Positions 1 through 9,470 of a stretch of 52,047 nucleotides of DNA are shown piece after piece. The translations under genes were made by a program, and so were the position numbers. The DNA is taken from positions 1 through 52,047 of the IMG/VR virus record IMGVR_UViG_3300042475_001650; one strand, 5' to 3'. Under the pieces are notes generated by a model. It was not told where the DNA came from. It made no database searches and saw only the letters and a program-made list of their open reading frames with translations. Source of the DNA: a virus (taxonomy: Duplodnaviria > Caudoviricetes). Position 1 is the stretch's first letter. Each line of letters begins with the position of its first letter.

Positions 1-344
1 AATTTGCAAACCGGCTCTCGCTTGAGGTCGTGCGGGGCACGCCGGTGAAGACCGGGAGGCTCAGAGCGTCGTGGTTTCTCTCCCCGACGCTTACCGGGTC
101 TCCCGGCGCTTCTCCCGGCGAGGCGACCGCAGGTGCGCCCGGCGCGACGCTCGCGCGCCTCTCTGGGCAAGCCGGATCTCTCGCGAACCTCGACGGCTCG
201 ATCTACCTCCTCAACGGCGCGAACTATGCGATCTTCGTCGAGGCAAAGACGCAGTTCCTCCGCAAGGTGCTGGCGAGATCCTCGGCGATCGCCGCCGACG
301 TCGTGACCGAGATCCGCAACATCAAGGCGACGGGGATCCCATGA
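1..344 (+). CDS. HK97 gp10-like neck/tail-completion protein, 5'-truncated
   Basis: TPVKTGRLRASW and NYAIFVE motifs; full copy at 36644..37081. Confidence 0.8.
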   Translation, partial: FANRLSLEVVRGTPVKTGRLRASWFLSPTLTGSPGASPGEATAGAPGATLARLSGQAGSLANLDGSIYLLNGANYAIFVEAKTQFLRKVLARSSAIAADVVTEIRNIKATGIP

Positions 345-760
345 CCGTGATGAACGACATCCGCGCGGCGCTCGAGCAACAGATCGCCAACGTCTCGGGG
401 ATCCCGTCGACGGCAAACCGCGCTTGGGAGAACGTCCGCTTCACGCCGACGACTAACACCGCTTGGGTCCGCATGGCGCTCGTCCCGGTGACGAGCCGAC
501 CGGCCGTGCGCGGGCCGAACCCGCAGATCCGGCACGACGGGAGCTTCCTCGTGACCGCGCACCTCCCAGAGGGAGCAGGACCGGCGGCAGCGGACGCTCT
601 GGCCGACGCGATCCGCGCGGCGTTCACGGTCGATACCGGTCTAACCTCGGGCGGCGTGACCGTCCGCTTCAACTACGCCGAACGCGGGGTCGCGGTGCTC
701 GATACGCCGTGGTATATCGTCACCGTCTCGATCTCGTGGTATACATACACCAGCTCATAA
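341..760 (+). CDS. Tail terminator-like protein (139 aa)
   Basis: ATGA overlap start; AWENVRFTP motif; lies between gp10-like and tail tube genes. Confidence 0.75.
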   Translation: MTVMNDIRAALEQQIANVSGIPSTANRAWENVRFTPTTNTAWVRMALVPVTSRPAVRGPNPQIRHDGSFLVTAHLPEGAGPAAADALADAIRAAFTVDTGLTSGGVTVRFNYAERGVAVLDTPWYIVTVSISWYTYTSS

Positions 761-775
761 AAGGAGGGCTCAGAA

Positions 776-1681
776 ATGCCTTTTGCACAGGGTTCCAGAA
801 CGCAGCTCGCCTACATCTCAGAGGTGACCTACGGAACGACACCAGCATCGCCAGCGATGATCGCGCTCCCGTTCAACACGCACTCGCTCGATCTCACCAA
901 GACGCGCGTTCAGTCGGCGGAGATCACTCCCGACCGTATGCCTCGGATCGATCGGCACGGGCAGCGCACCGTCTCGGGCGACATCGTCGTCGAGATGCGT
1001 CCGGCGGACTATGACTTCCTCCTCGAGGCTGCGCTTTTCGGCACCTTCGCGACCAACATCCTGAACACCGGCACGACCGTGAAGTCGTTCACCGCCGAGG
1101 ACGGCGCGCTCGACATCACGCAGTTTCGCGCCTTCAGCGGCTGCATGGTAAACACGATGCAGATCTCGATCGCTCCGAACCAGATGACGACGGCGACCTT
1201 CGGGATCATCGGCCGCAACATGACCCAGAGCATAACCCCGCTGGATGCGAGCTTGACCGCAGCCTCCGGGAATGAGCCCTTCGACAGCTTTTCCGGCGCG
1301 ATCACCGAAGGCGGCAGCGCGATCGCTTATGTGAATTCGATCGATTTCACGCTCAACAACAACCTGAACCCATCCTTCGTGCTGGGATCGGTGACAACTC
1401 CTCAAATGGAATTCGGGCAATCGACGCTCGAGGGCACGATGACCGTCTACTATCAGGACAAGGCGCTGATCGATAAGTTCCTCGGGGAGACCGAGAGCTC
1501 GCTCTCGATCGTGCTGGACGACCGCGTCGCCGGTCTGAACTACACGCTCCTCATGCCTCGGATCAAAATCAACGGCGCGGCCGTCCCGGTCTCGAGCCCT
1601 CAATCCCGGCTCATCACGATCCCGTTCGTCGCCCTGCGCGACAGCTCGACCGGGACGCAGCTCCGGATCACCAAGACATAA
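776..1681 (+). CDS. Major tail tube protein
   Basis: 301 aa, AGGAGG SD, YISEVTYGTTP N-terminus, position before chaperone and TMP. Confidence 0.85.
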   Translation: MPFAQGSRTQLAYISEVTYGTTPASPAMIALPFNTHSLDLTKTRVQSAEITPDRMPRIDRHGQRTVSGDIVVEMRPADYDFLLEAALFGTFATNILNTGTTVKSFTAEDGALDITQFRAFSGCMVNTMQISIAPNQMTTATFGIIGRNMTQSITPLDASLTAASGNEPFDSFSGAITEGGSAIAYVNSIDFTLNNNLNPSFVLGSVTTPQMEFGQSTLEGTMTVYYQDKALIDKFLGETESSLSIVLDDRVAGLNYTLLMPRIKINGAAVPVSSPQSRLITIPFVALRDSSTGTQLRITKT

Positions 1682-1692
1682 TAAGGCATCGC

Positions 1693-2058
1693 ATGGACCT
1701 CTACGACCTCACCTTCCGCGACACCTACACTTATCAGATCCTGCACCCGATCACCAAGGAACCCGTCCCGCACGCGGACGGGTCTCCTCAGTGGATCGAG
1801 CTCTATGGATCCGACACCCGGCAATATCGCAACGCGCTGGCCGAGGTCGCTCGGCTCGATCTTGCGGATCCGACCGAAAAGCTGATCGCGTTCCTCGGCC
1901 GGATCACGGCGCGCTGGCATATCGAAGTCGGAGGCGCGACACCGAAGATCGAGGACGCTCCCGAGATCTTCGGGAAGCTCCCGTCGTGGCTGCGCGATGA
2001 CGTCTTCGCGGCGGCGTCGGACCGCGCTAATTTTTTCGGCGCAGCCTCGGGGAGCTGA
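1693..2058 (+). CDS. Tail assembly chaperone (gpG-like)
   Basis: Between tube and TMP; ends RANFF over slippery T TTT TTC. Confidence 0.85.
   Translation: MDLYDLTFRDTYTYQILHPITKEPVPHADGSPQWIELYGSDTRQYRNALAEVARLDLADPTEKLIAFLGRITARWHIEVGGATPKIEDAPEIFGKLPSWLRDDVFAAASDRANFFGAASGS
2031..2037 (+). other. -1 programmed frameshift slippery site TTTTTTC
   Basis: X XXY YYZ in correct phase; -1 frame is open to 2381. Confidence 0.85.
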
Positions 2059-2381
2059 TCGCGCACGCCGGGGCGGTTTTTCTGCTCGCGCAGAAGGACA
2101 AGGATGGGATCACGCTGCGCGAGCATTACGAGCAGGCCGCGAAGGCAACGGGGGTTCGACCACCAGAGCTCGACGTCCCGCCCTTACCGGAGACGATGAC
2201 CGAGTTCTGGGGCGTTTTTCTGCGCTTGCACCGGGCTCGACAGGCGGACGCGCCGATAGCCTTTTCCGAGGTCTTGGCGTATAGTTCGCTCACGGGGCGG
2301 GTCTTCACGCCGCTCGAGGTCGATGCGATCTCCGAACTCGATGCTCTATGGCACCAAGAGAGGGCTAAGAAATGGACGTGA
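2031..2381 (+). CDS. Frameshifted C-terminal extension of chaperone (gpGT-like, total about 229 aa)
   Basis: -1 frame FFRRSLGELIAHAG...EFWGVFLRLHRAR...EVDAISELD; includes listed ORF 2196..2381. Confidence 0.8.
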   Translation, partial: FFRRSLGELIAHAGAVFLLAQKDKDGITLREHYEQAAKATGVRPPELDVPPLPETMTEFWGVFLRLHRARQADAPIAFSEVLAYSSLTGRVFTPLEVDAISELDALWHQERAKKWT

Positions 2382-4534
2382 TCTCCCTCGGCGTCGAGGT
2401 CCAAACCAAAGGCGCGGCGCAGTCGGCGCAACAGCTCGGGCAGTTCACCAGCGCCACCAAGGGCGCGGCAGGCGCGGCCGACACGCTCGAGGATCAGCTC
2501 CGGCGCACCGACGCGGCTCAGAAGCAAGTCGCAAGCACCGCTCGACCGCTCGTCGGCGCGATGGGCGGCGTAGGGCAGGCGTTTAAGAACAACGCAAGCG
2601 GGATCCAGAACGCGAGCTTCCAGCTTCAAGACATCCTCGTCCAGATGGAGATGGGCGTTCCTATCACGCGCACGCTCGGACAACAGCTCCCGCAGCTCCT
2701 CGGGGGCTTCGGTGCGATCGGCGCGGTCGTCGGTCTTGCCGTAGGTGCACTCCTGACATTCGCTCCCGCGCTGTTCGACACCGGCGAGGCTGCAGATGAT
2801 CTCACCGACAAGCTCGACGCGCTGTCATCTGTCATGCAGAGGCTCAACGCCGCGCAGAAGGGGCAGAGTTTAGCGGATCTTACGGGCCAATATGGCGCGC
2901 AGGCAGCGGCGGCACAGGAGCTGCTCAACATCCAGCGGCAGATCGCGCAAATTGAGGCGGATCGTGCCTTCCGCGCGGCCTCTGGCGCGGTCGTCGGGGC
3001 TATGGGGCCGGGGCTCGAGGCTCAGACATTTCAGAGCGCGCTCGACAACGCGACGGCCCTCAATTTCGCTCTGCGAGAGCAGGCCGAGGTGGCGAAGGTC
3101 ACGCAACAGATCCAAGAGGGGAGCCTCACGCTAAACGAGGAAGAAGCGGCAGCTCTCGGCCGTCGTCGCCGCGCTTACGAAGATGTCCTCGGCATGATCG
3201 GACCCTATCGTCGCGGGCTTGAGGCGATCACCGAACAGTTCGGGCTTACCGAGCAATCGGCGGCGAACCTCGTTATCCAGATGACGGCGGTCAAAGAGGC
3301 CGACACGACCGAGAGCCGCGTCGCCGCGACGCAAGCGCTCGCCACGGCGATCGACGAGGCCACCGGCGGGCTAAACATGGCCTCCGACGAGGGGATAAAG
3401 CTCTACAACGCCCTTCTCGAGGCCGCGCTCGCCGGGCTCGATCTAAAGAACTTGGATCTTCCGGGCGCGCTAAGTTCGGCAGCCAGCGAGGCTTCTCGCA
3501 TAGCGGACGAGATGGGGCGGGCCGCGACGAACGCGATCACAATGGCGGAAAATGCTGCGGTCGCACAGCGGCGCGCAGAGATCCGACAGCAGTTCGCCGG
3601 GAACCCCGTCGGATTGGCTGGGGCAATGGCCGAGTTCGAGTTCCGGCAAGGCGCGGGAGCCGCGCTCAACGCTCCCGTCGGGGGCACCTTCTTTGAGGGA
3701 GAGCTGCGGAGGACGATTAACGCCGCAGAGGACACGGCAAGAACAGAAGAAGAAACCCGCAAACTCTTTGAGACGATAAAGGGCGGAGCTGCTTCGGCGA
3801 GCGACCTCGAGCAGGCTGCGGCGCGCCTTTACGAGAGCACCCGCACCGAGGCGGAACGCTACGCCGCAGAGCTCGAGAAGGTCGAGGCGCTGTTCGCGGT
3901 CGGTGCGATCAACGGCGAAGTCTACAGCCGCGCGCTCGAGGATCTGAACGCTAAGTTCGACCCGTTCACGAAGCTGATGATCGGCGTCGCAGGCACCATC
4001 GAGAACGAGCTCAACAACGCCTTCGCGTCCGTCCTCAAGGGAACCGCCGATCTCGGGGACGCGCTGCTCTCGTTCGCCTCGAACGTCCTCGCCAAGGTCG
4101 CGCAGGATCTGTTCGCCCAGCAATTCGCAGGGCCGATCGCATCCGGGATCTCGGCTATATTCTCGGCCAACGGCAACGTCTTCGACGCCGGTGGCGTCAC
4201 CGCCTTCGCCAAGGGCGGCGTCGTCGGCGGGCCGACGGTCTTCCCGTTCGCCAACGGGATCGGGCTCATGGGCGAGGCCGGGCCGGAGGCGATCATGCCG
4301 CTCTCGCGGGGCGCAGACGGCAAGCTGGGCGTCATCGCAAGCGGTGGCGGCGCGCCGAGCGTCACGATCAACAATTACAGCGGGCAAGAGGCCAGCGCCT
4401 CGAGCGACAGCGCCGGGAACATCGTCATCGAAATCGGACGCGCGATCGCGCAGGACATCACGTCCGGCGGGCCAAGCTACCGGGCGATCCGCAGCACGTT
4501 CGGGCTGTCAAACCGCTTGCAGCAAAGGGGCTAA
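2372..4534 (+). CDS. Tape measure protein, allele A (720 aa)
   Basis: Ala/Gln-rich helical; NASFQLQDI..QQLPQLLG N-terminal and FAKGG..MGEAGPEAIMPL C-terminal TMP motifs. Confidence 0.92.
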   Translation: MDVISLGVEVQTKGAAQSAQQLGQFTSATKGAAGAADTLEDQLRRTDAAQKQVASTARPLVGAMGGVGQAFKNNASGIQNASFQLQDILVQMEMGVPITRTLGQQLPQLLGGFGAIGAVVGLAVGALLTFAPALFDTGEAADDLTDKLDALSSVMQRLNAAQKGQSLADLTGQYGAQAAAAQELLNIQRQIAQIEADRAFRAASGAVVGAMGPGLEAQTFQSALDNATALNFALREQAEVAKVTQQIQEGSLTLNEEEAAALGRRRRAYEDVLGMIGPYRRGLEAITEQFGLTEQSAANLVIQMTAVKEADTTESRVAATQALATAIDEATGGLNMASDEGIKLYNALLEAALAGLDLKNLDLPGALSSAASEASRIADEMGRAATNAITMAENAAVAQRRAEIRQQFAGNPVGLAGAMAEFEFRQGAGAALNAPVGGTFFEGELRRTINAAEDTARTEEETRKLFETIKGGAASASDLEQAAARLYESTRTEAERYAAELEKVEALFAVGAINGEVYSRALEDLNAKFDPFTKLMIGVAGTIENELNNAFASVLKGTADLGDALLSFASNVLAKVAQDLFAQQFAGPIASGISAIFSANGNVFDAGGVTAFAKGGVVGGPTVFPFANGIGLMGEAGPEAIMPLSRGADGKLGVIASGGGAPSVTINNYSGQEASASSDSAGNIVIEIGRAIAQDITSGGPSYRAIRSTFGLSNRLQQRG

Positions 4535-4537
4535 GGT

Positions 4538-4906
4538 ATGTCGACCATCTGGCCGGGAACGCTTCCGCAATACTTCGAGGTCGGCGTGCAGGACACGCGG
4601 CAGCAGGGCTTCATCCGCTCGCAGACCGACACGGGGCCTTATAAGCAGCGCAAGCGGTTCACCGCGACGGCGCGGTTCCTCTCCGGGACGATGCTGTTCA
4701 CCGGCACGCAGCGCGCGACGTTCGAGACATTCTACAAGACGACGCTCTCCGAGGGGACCGACGCCTTCGACTTCATCGATCCGGCGGACTTCTCGACCGC
4801 CTCGGTGCGCTTCGTGCAGCCTCCGACGCTCTCGGCCGTCGCTGGTGGCGGCACCGCAGGAACGGCGCAATGGCGCATCGACCTCGCGCTCGAGGTGCTC
4901 CCGTAA
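4538..4906 (+). CDS. Distal tail protein candidate
   Basis: WPGTLP, GPYKQRKRFT, FDFIDP motifs; directly after TMP. Confidence 0.7.
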   Translation: MSTIWPGTLPQYFEVGVQDTRQQGFIRSQTDTGPYKQRKRFTATARFLSGTMLFTGTQRATFETFYKTTLSEGTDAFDFIDPADFSTASVRFVQPPTLSAVAGGGTAGTAQWRIDLALEVLP

Positions 4907-5382
4907 TGCCGCGCACACTTCCGACGACGGTCATCACGGCCGTTAACTCCCAGACGACGACGAACGCCTTTCTCGTGCTGCTCGAGGTCTCGCACAGCGC
5001 GATCGGCACATATTATTTCGTCAACAACACCGAAAACATAACATCCGGCGCGAACACCTACATCGCCTTCCCGTTCTCGGTCACGCTCCCGCCGGATGAC
5101 CCCGAGCTGCAAGTTCGGGCACGGCTCACGCTCTCGCACGTTACGAGCGAGCTCAACATCTTGCGGACGATCGCAGGACAGCGCGAGCGCGCGGCCTTCT
5201 CGCTCAAGGTCATCGAGGCCACCGCGCCGACGGTCATCTTGCAGAGCGTCTCCGGGCTGGTGGCTGCATCGGTAAGCTATAACGCGGACGTGATGGACAT
5301 TGACCTCACGATCGACAACTTTCTGACGGAGCCCTTCCCAAGTGCAACCTTCGCGCCTTCCAATTTCCCCGGCATCTTCTAA
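4906..5382 (+). CDS. DUF1833-like tail tip protein (158 aa)
   Basis: TAATG coupling; FVNNTENITS, FPFSVTLP, C-terminal FPGIF. Confidence 0.75.
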   Translation: MPRTLPTTVITAVNSQTTTNAFLVLLEVSHSAIGTYYFVNNTENITSGANTYIAFPFSVTLPPDDPELQVRARLTLSHVTSELNILRTIAGQRERAAFSLKVIEATAPTVILQSVSGLVAASVSYNADVMDIDLTIDNFLTEPFPSATFAPSNFPGIF

Positions 5383-5779
5383 CTGGTGGAACGCCTATGT
5401 CGGGATCCCGTTCGCATGGAACGGGTCGACGCGCGACGGGACGTCGTGCTGGGGGCTCGTTTGCATGGTCTACAGCGAGGTCTTCGGGATCCGGCTCCCG
5501 CGCTTCGACGAGCTCGAGGAGCAGATCGAGGGCGGCGCGGAGAGCGTCGCGGACTTCGCCTCGACCGGGCGCGAGATCCCGCTCGAGGAGGCGCGCTCCG
5601 GGGACGTGCTTCACATGTGGGGGATGCACCGGGGCAAGCGGCGCGCGACCCATTGCGGGATCGTCACCGAGCCCGGCTTCGTTCTTCATGCGGAAGCAGT
5701 CGTAGGATCTTGCATTTCGCGCTATAAGGGGGACAACCGTTTCTTGCAGCGCGTGATCGGAGCTTATCGCCTTGAATGA
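5342..5779 (+). CDS. NlpC/P60 tail-associated peptidase
   Basis: YVGIPF, SCWGLV (catalytic Cys), HCGIV, VLHA; GTG start with upstream GGAG. Confidence 0.88.
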   Translation: MQPSRLPISPASSNWWNAYVGIPFAWNGSTRDGTSCWGLVCMVYSEVFGIRLPRFDELEEQIEGGAESVADFASTGREIPLEEARSGDVLHMWGMHRGKRRATHCGIVTEPGFVLHAEAVVGSCISRYKGDNRFLQRVIGAYRLE

Positions 5780-8700
5780 TCTGACCCCCCACAGAGAGAG
5801 CGCGCTGGCCGAATACATCGAGGTCACGCTGGTCTTGAACCCGCTCGCGCAAGGCGACCGGCTCGTCGTGCGCGTCTCGCCTTCCGGCACACTCGCGGAG
5901 CTGATCTCGGCGCTGGTCCCGGACGAGCTCGATCGCGAGCATATCAGCGCCTTTCTCGGCGGCGATTATATCGAGCCGCAGCTCTGGTCGAAGATCCGCC
6001 CGAAGTCGGGCTCCTCGGTCTATTTGCGGATGGTCCCGCAGGATCCGGTCTCGATCATCGCGGTCCTCGCGACCGCAGCCGCGCCAGCGATCACGACGGC
6101 AATCGGGTTCACCGCCGGAACGCTCGCGGCCTCTATCGCGGGCGCGGCGATCGCGATGGCGATTACTTATGCCGCCTCGGCGTTGATTGCACCACGCACG
6201 CGACCGAGCGGCAACGCAGGGCGTGCCGAGAGCCCGCATTACGCGATCAGCGCAGCGCGCAACGGGATCTCGCCCTTTCAGACCGTCCCCGTCGTGCTCG
6301 GGACGCACCGGATGGTCCCGCCTTACGGCGCGGCACCTTACACCGAGATCGACGGGAATAATCAATTCCTGCGCTTCGTTCTGATCTGGGGTTATGGCCC
6401 GGTTTCTGTCTCGCAGATCAAGATCGGAAATACTCCTCTTGAGGATTATACCGACGTCGATGTCGAGCACGATTTCGCTGGCAGTGCGTCGACGCTCGGG
6501 CTCTATCCCGGAGACGCTTCGCAGGAAGATCTCTCGATCCGCATGACGACGAGCTTCGTATCGCGGACGACCGCGCTCAACACCACAGAAATCGGTCTCA
6601 CAATTACGTTCCCGACGGGGCTGTTCTTAAACACCCCGGAGGGGCGACAGAACGCTTCGGTGCGCATCGTCGGTCAATATAGGCTTGTCGGCGCTGGCTC
6701 GTGGACTTCGTGGTTCGATCGGACATACACGGACGACACCGCACAAGTGAAGCGCGTCTCGCAACGCCAAACTGGATTGGCCTCGGGGCAATATGAGGTG
6801 CAAGTCCGGCGCACTTCGGCAGAGCAAAATCTCTCGAACGAGACGATCTTGGATCGAGCAGATTGGACAGATCTGCGCTCGTTCAATACCAACACGCAAC
6901 CCGTGCTCTTGCCGGGCATCGCGAAAAGCGCGTTCAGGATCAAGGCGACCGACCAGCTCAACGGCGTCGTCGATCAGCTCAACGCGGTCGTCTCGCTCCT
7001 GATCCCGACGTGGAACGGCTCGGCGTGGACGACAGCGACCAGCGCGACCTCGAACCCGGCCGCGATCTTCCGCTATGTCCTCATGGGCGCGCCGAACAAG
7101 AAGCCTGTCGCGGCGGCGAACATCAACGACGCCGCTCTCGGCGCGTGGTTCACCTTCTGCCAGACGAACGGCTTCGCCTTCGATCAGGTGATCGACTTCC
7201 AGCTCTCGGTCCGGGATCTCTTGCAGGACGTGGCGAACGCGGGCAAGGCGAGCCCGGCCTATGTCGATGACAAATGGACCGTCGTCATCGAGCAGCCGCG
7301 CTCGACCGTCGTCCAGCACTTCACGCCGCGCAACACCCGCAACTTCTCCGGGCGGATCCTCTACAACGAGATCCCAGACGCGCTGCGGATCCGGTTCTTT
7401 AATCGAAACGCAGACTATCGCGAGGACGAGCGCGTCGTCTACGACGACGGCTTCAACGAGGCGAACGCGACGAACTTTCAGGTGATCGACCTTCCCGGAC
7501 AGACGAACCCGGACAACGTCTACAAGCTCGGGAGGCATTACATCGCCTCGGCGCGCCTTCGGCCGGAGATCTTCACGTTCGAGGTGGACATCGAGCATCT
7601 CGTCGCGCTGCGCGGCGACTTGTGCAGGCTCACGCACGACGTGCCGGGGATCGGCCAGATGTCCGGGCGCGTTGTCTCGCGCTCGACGAACACGATCGTC
7701 CTCGACGAGCCGGTGACGCGGGAGGCGGGAAAGGTCTACACGCTGCGCGTCCGGGTGACCACCACCGGCGCGACGCTCGCGCTCACGGTCGCGGCGTCCT
7801 CGACGACCGTCACGAGCGACACCGTGACCGTCACGAGCGGCGGAGCGTCGGTCAACGTCGGCGATCTCTACCAGTTCGGCGAGCAGAACATCGAGAGCCT
7901 CGAGGTGCTGGTCGCGGCGATCGAATACATCGACGACCTCGCGGCAAGCGTGACGTGCGTCCCTTACTCCCCGGCGGTCTATAACTCGGCCGCGACGATC
8001 CCGCCTTACACGACAGTGCTATCTGCTCCGGTTTCGGCATCGTTTATCGGACCACCGATCCCGAAGATCTCGCAGGTGATCTCGGACGAAACCGCCCTGC
8101 AAGTCACCTCGAGCGGTGCGGTCGTTCCCTCGATCTTCCTCTATGTGCAGCCCGGCAAGACCGCCAAGACCAACGACGGCACCGTGACCCGGACGGCGTT
8201 CTTCCAAGCGCGCTTTCGGAGATCCGGCTCAGAAGATCCGTTTACTTACATGCCTTACAGCGCAGTCGATACTCAATACGTCCAGATCTTCCCGGTCGAA
8301 AGCGGCATCAACTACGACATCGGCGTGCGAGCGATCGGGCCGGACGAGGCGACGACGAGCGCCTTCGCCGAAATTGCGAACCACCAAGTGATCGGCGCGA
8401 GCGCCAAGCCGCCGCAGGTCGACACCTTCTCGCTCAACACGATCGGGGAGCACACCTACGTCGAATGGACCTACCCGTCGATCGCGGTTGACGTGATCGG
8501 CTACGAGATCCGCTATTCGGCAGACCAAAACAATACCGCATGGACATCGATGACCGTTCTCTCGGACGCGATCCCGCGCGAGGCGCGCTCGTTCACCGTT
8601 CCGAGCCGCTCTGGATCCTATGGCATCAAGGCGATTGATTTCCTCGGAAACCGCTCGGCCTTGGCGATCTTTATCAACGCCTCGCTCGAAGACCCGGCCG

Positions 8701-9470
8701 CGCAGAACGTGATCGAGACGCTCACGCAAGAGCCGAGCTGGACGGGCACGAAGACCGACGTCGATGTAAACGGCGCGGTCATCCAGCTCTCGAGCACAAA
8801 CTACATGGCAAGCTGGGCGACGCTCGCATCGGTCCCGATCATCGGGTTTACGGCCGAGACGGGTTACGAGGCGACGGGCTTCTATGAGTTCGGGGAGACG
8901 GACCTCGGCGAGGTCTACTCCTCGCGCGTGATCGTCAACGCCGTCGTCTCGACGTCCGGAGGTCTCTCGACGATGGCCGGGTGGCTCACACTTGCGGGCA
9001 TTTCCGATCTAACAGGCAATGACACCGGTGACGAGGTGACGGTCGAGCTGCAAGTAAACTACTCGATCGTGGACAGCGCGACGCCGGTCTATCAGGGGTG
9101 GCGGCGCTTCGTCGTCGGGGATTACACGGCGCGCCACCTCAAGTTCCGCGCTGTCTTGACGACCCGGTTCTCGACGATCACGCCGATTATCAGCGGCTTG
9201 ACCGCCGTCATCGACATGCCGGATCGCGTCGATTATGGGAACGACCTCGTCACCGGCGCGGGCACTTACTCGGTCGCGTTCTCCCCGTGGTTCAAGGAGC
9301 TCAGATCTGTTACTATCGCCGCGCAGAATATGGCGACCGGGGACTTTTACACGATTTCGGGCAAGACGCGCACCGGCTTCGATGTTACATTCCGCAACAG
9401 CGCCGGGACGGCGATCAGTCGATCCTTCGACTATCAGGCGATCGGCTACGGCAGAGAGAGGGCTACCTAA
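5772..9470 (+). CDS. Central tail tip / host-specificity protein (lambda J-like), allele A
   Basis: 1232 aa; VPVVLG, SNPAAIF, beta-rich FN3-like C-terminal segments; TTG start with GGAG SD. Confidence 0.88.
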   Translation: MNDLTPHRESALAEYIEVTLVLNPLAQGDRLVVRVSPSGTLAELISALVPDELDREHISAFLGGDYIEPQLWSKIRPKSGSSVYLRMVPQDPVSIIAVLATAAAPAITTAIGFTAGTLAASIAGAAIAMAITYAASALIAPRTRPSGNAGRAESPHYAISAARNGISPFQTVPVVLGTHRMVPPYGAAPYTEIDGNNQFLRFVLIWGYGPVSVSQIKIGNTPLEDYTDVDVEHDFAGSASTLGLYPGDASQEDLSIRMTTSFVSRTTALNTTEIGLTITFPTGLFLNTPEGRQNASVRIVGQYRLVGAGSWTSWFDRTYTDDTAQVKRVSQRQTGLASGQYEVQVRRTSAEQNLSNETILDRADWTDLRSFNTNTQPVLLPGIAKSAFRIKATDQLNGVVDQLNAVVSLLIPTWNGSAWTTATSATSNPAAIFRYVLMGAPNKKPVAAANINDAALGAWFTFCQTNGFAFDQVIDFQLSVRDLLQDVANAGKASPAYVDDKWTVVIEQPRSTVVQHFTPRNTRNFSGRILYNEIPDALRIRFFNRNADYREDERVVYDDGFNEANATNFQVIDLPGQTNPDNVYKLGRHYIASARLRPEIFTFEVDIEHLVALRGDLCRLTHDVPGIGQMSGRVVSRSTNTIVLDEPVTREAGKVYTLRVRVTTTGATLALTVAASSTTVTSDTVTVTSGGASVNVGDLYQFGEQNIESLEVLVAAIEYIDDLAASVTCVPYSPAVYNSAATIPPYTTVLSAPVSASFIGPPIPKISQVISDETALQVTSSGAVVPSIFLYVQPGKTAKTNDGTVTRTAFFQARFRRSGSEDPFTYMPYSAVDTQYVQIFPVESGINYDIGVRAIGPDEATTSAFAEIANHQVIGASAKPPQVDTFSLNTIGEHTYVEWTYPSIAVDVIGYEIRYSADQNNTAWTSMTVLSDAIPREARSFTVPSRSGSYGIKAIDFLGNRSALAIFINASLEDPAAQNVIETLTQEPSWTGTKTDVDVNGAVIQLSSTNYMASWATLASVPIIGFTAETGYEATGFYEFGETDLGEVYSSRVIVNAVVSTSGGLSTMAGWLTLAGISDLTGNDTGDEVTVELQVNYSIVDSATPVYQGWRRFVVGDYTARHLKFRAVLTTRFSTITPIISGLTAVIDMPDRVDYGNDLVTGAGTYSVAFSPWFKELRSVTIAAQNMATGDFYTISGKTRTGFDVTFRNSAGTAISRSFDYQAIGYGRERAT

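Noticed and set aside
5342-5400. Broken or frameshift-fused NlpC/P60 gene (no ATG)
   Set aside because: A GTG start with GGAG SD is conserved in both copies
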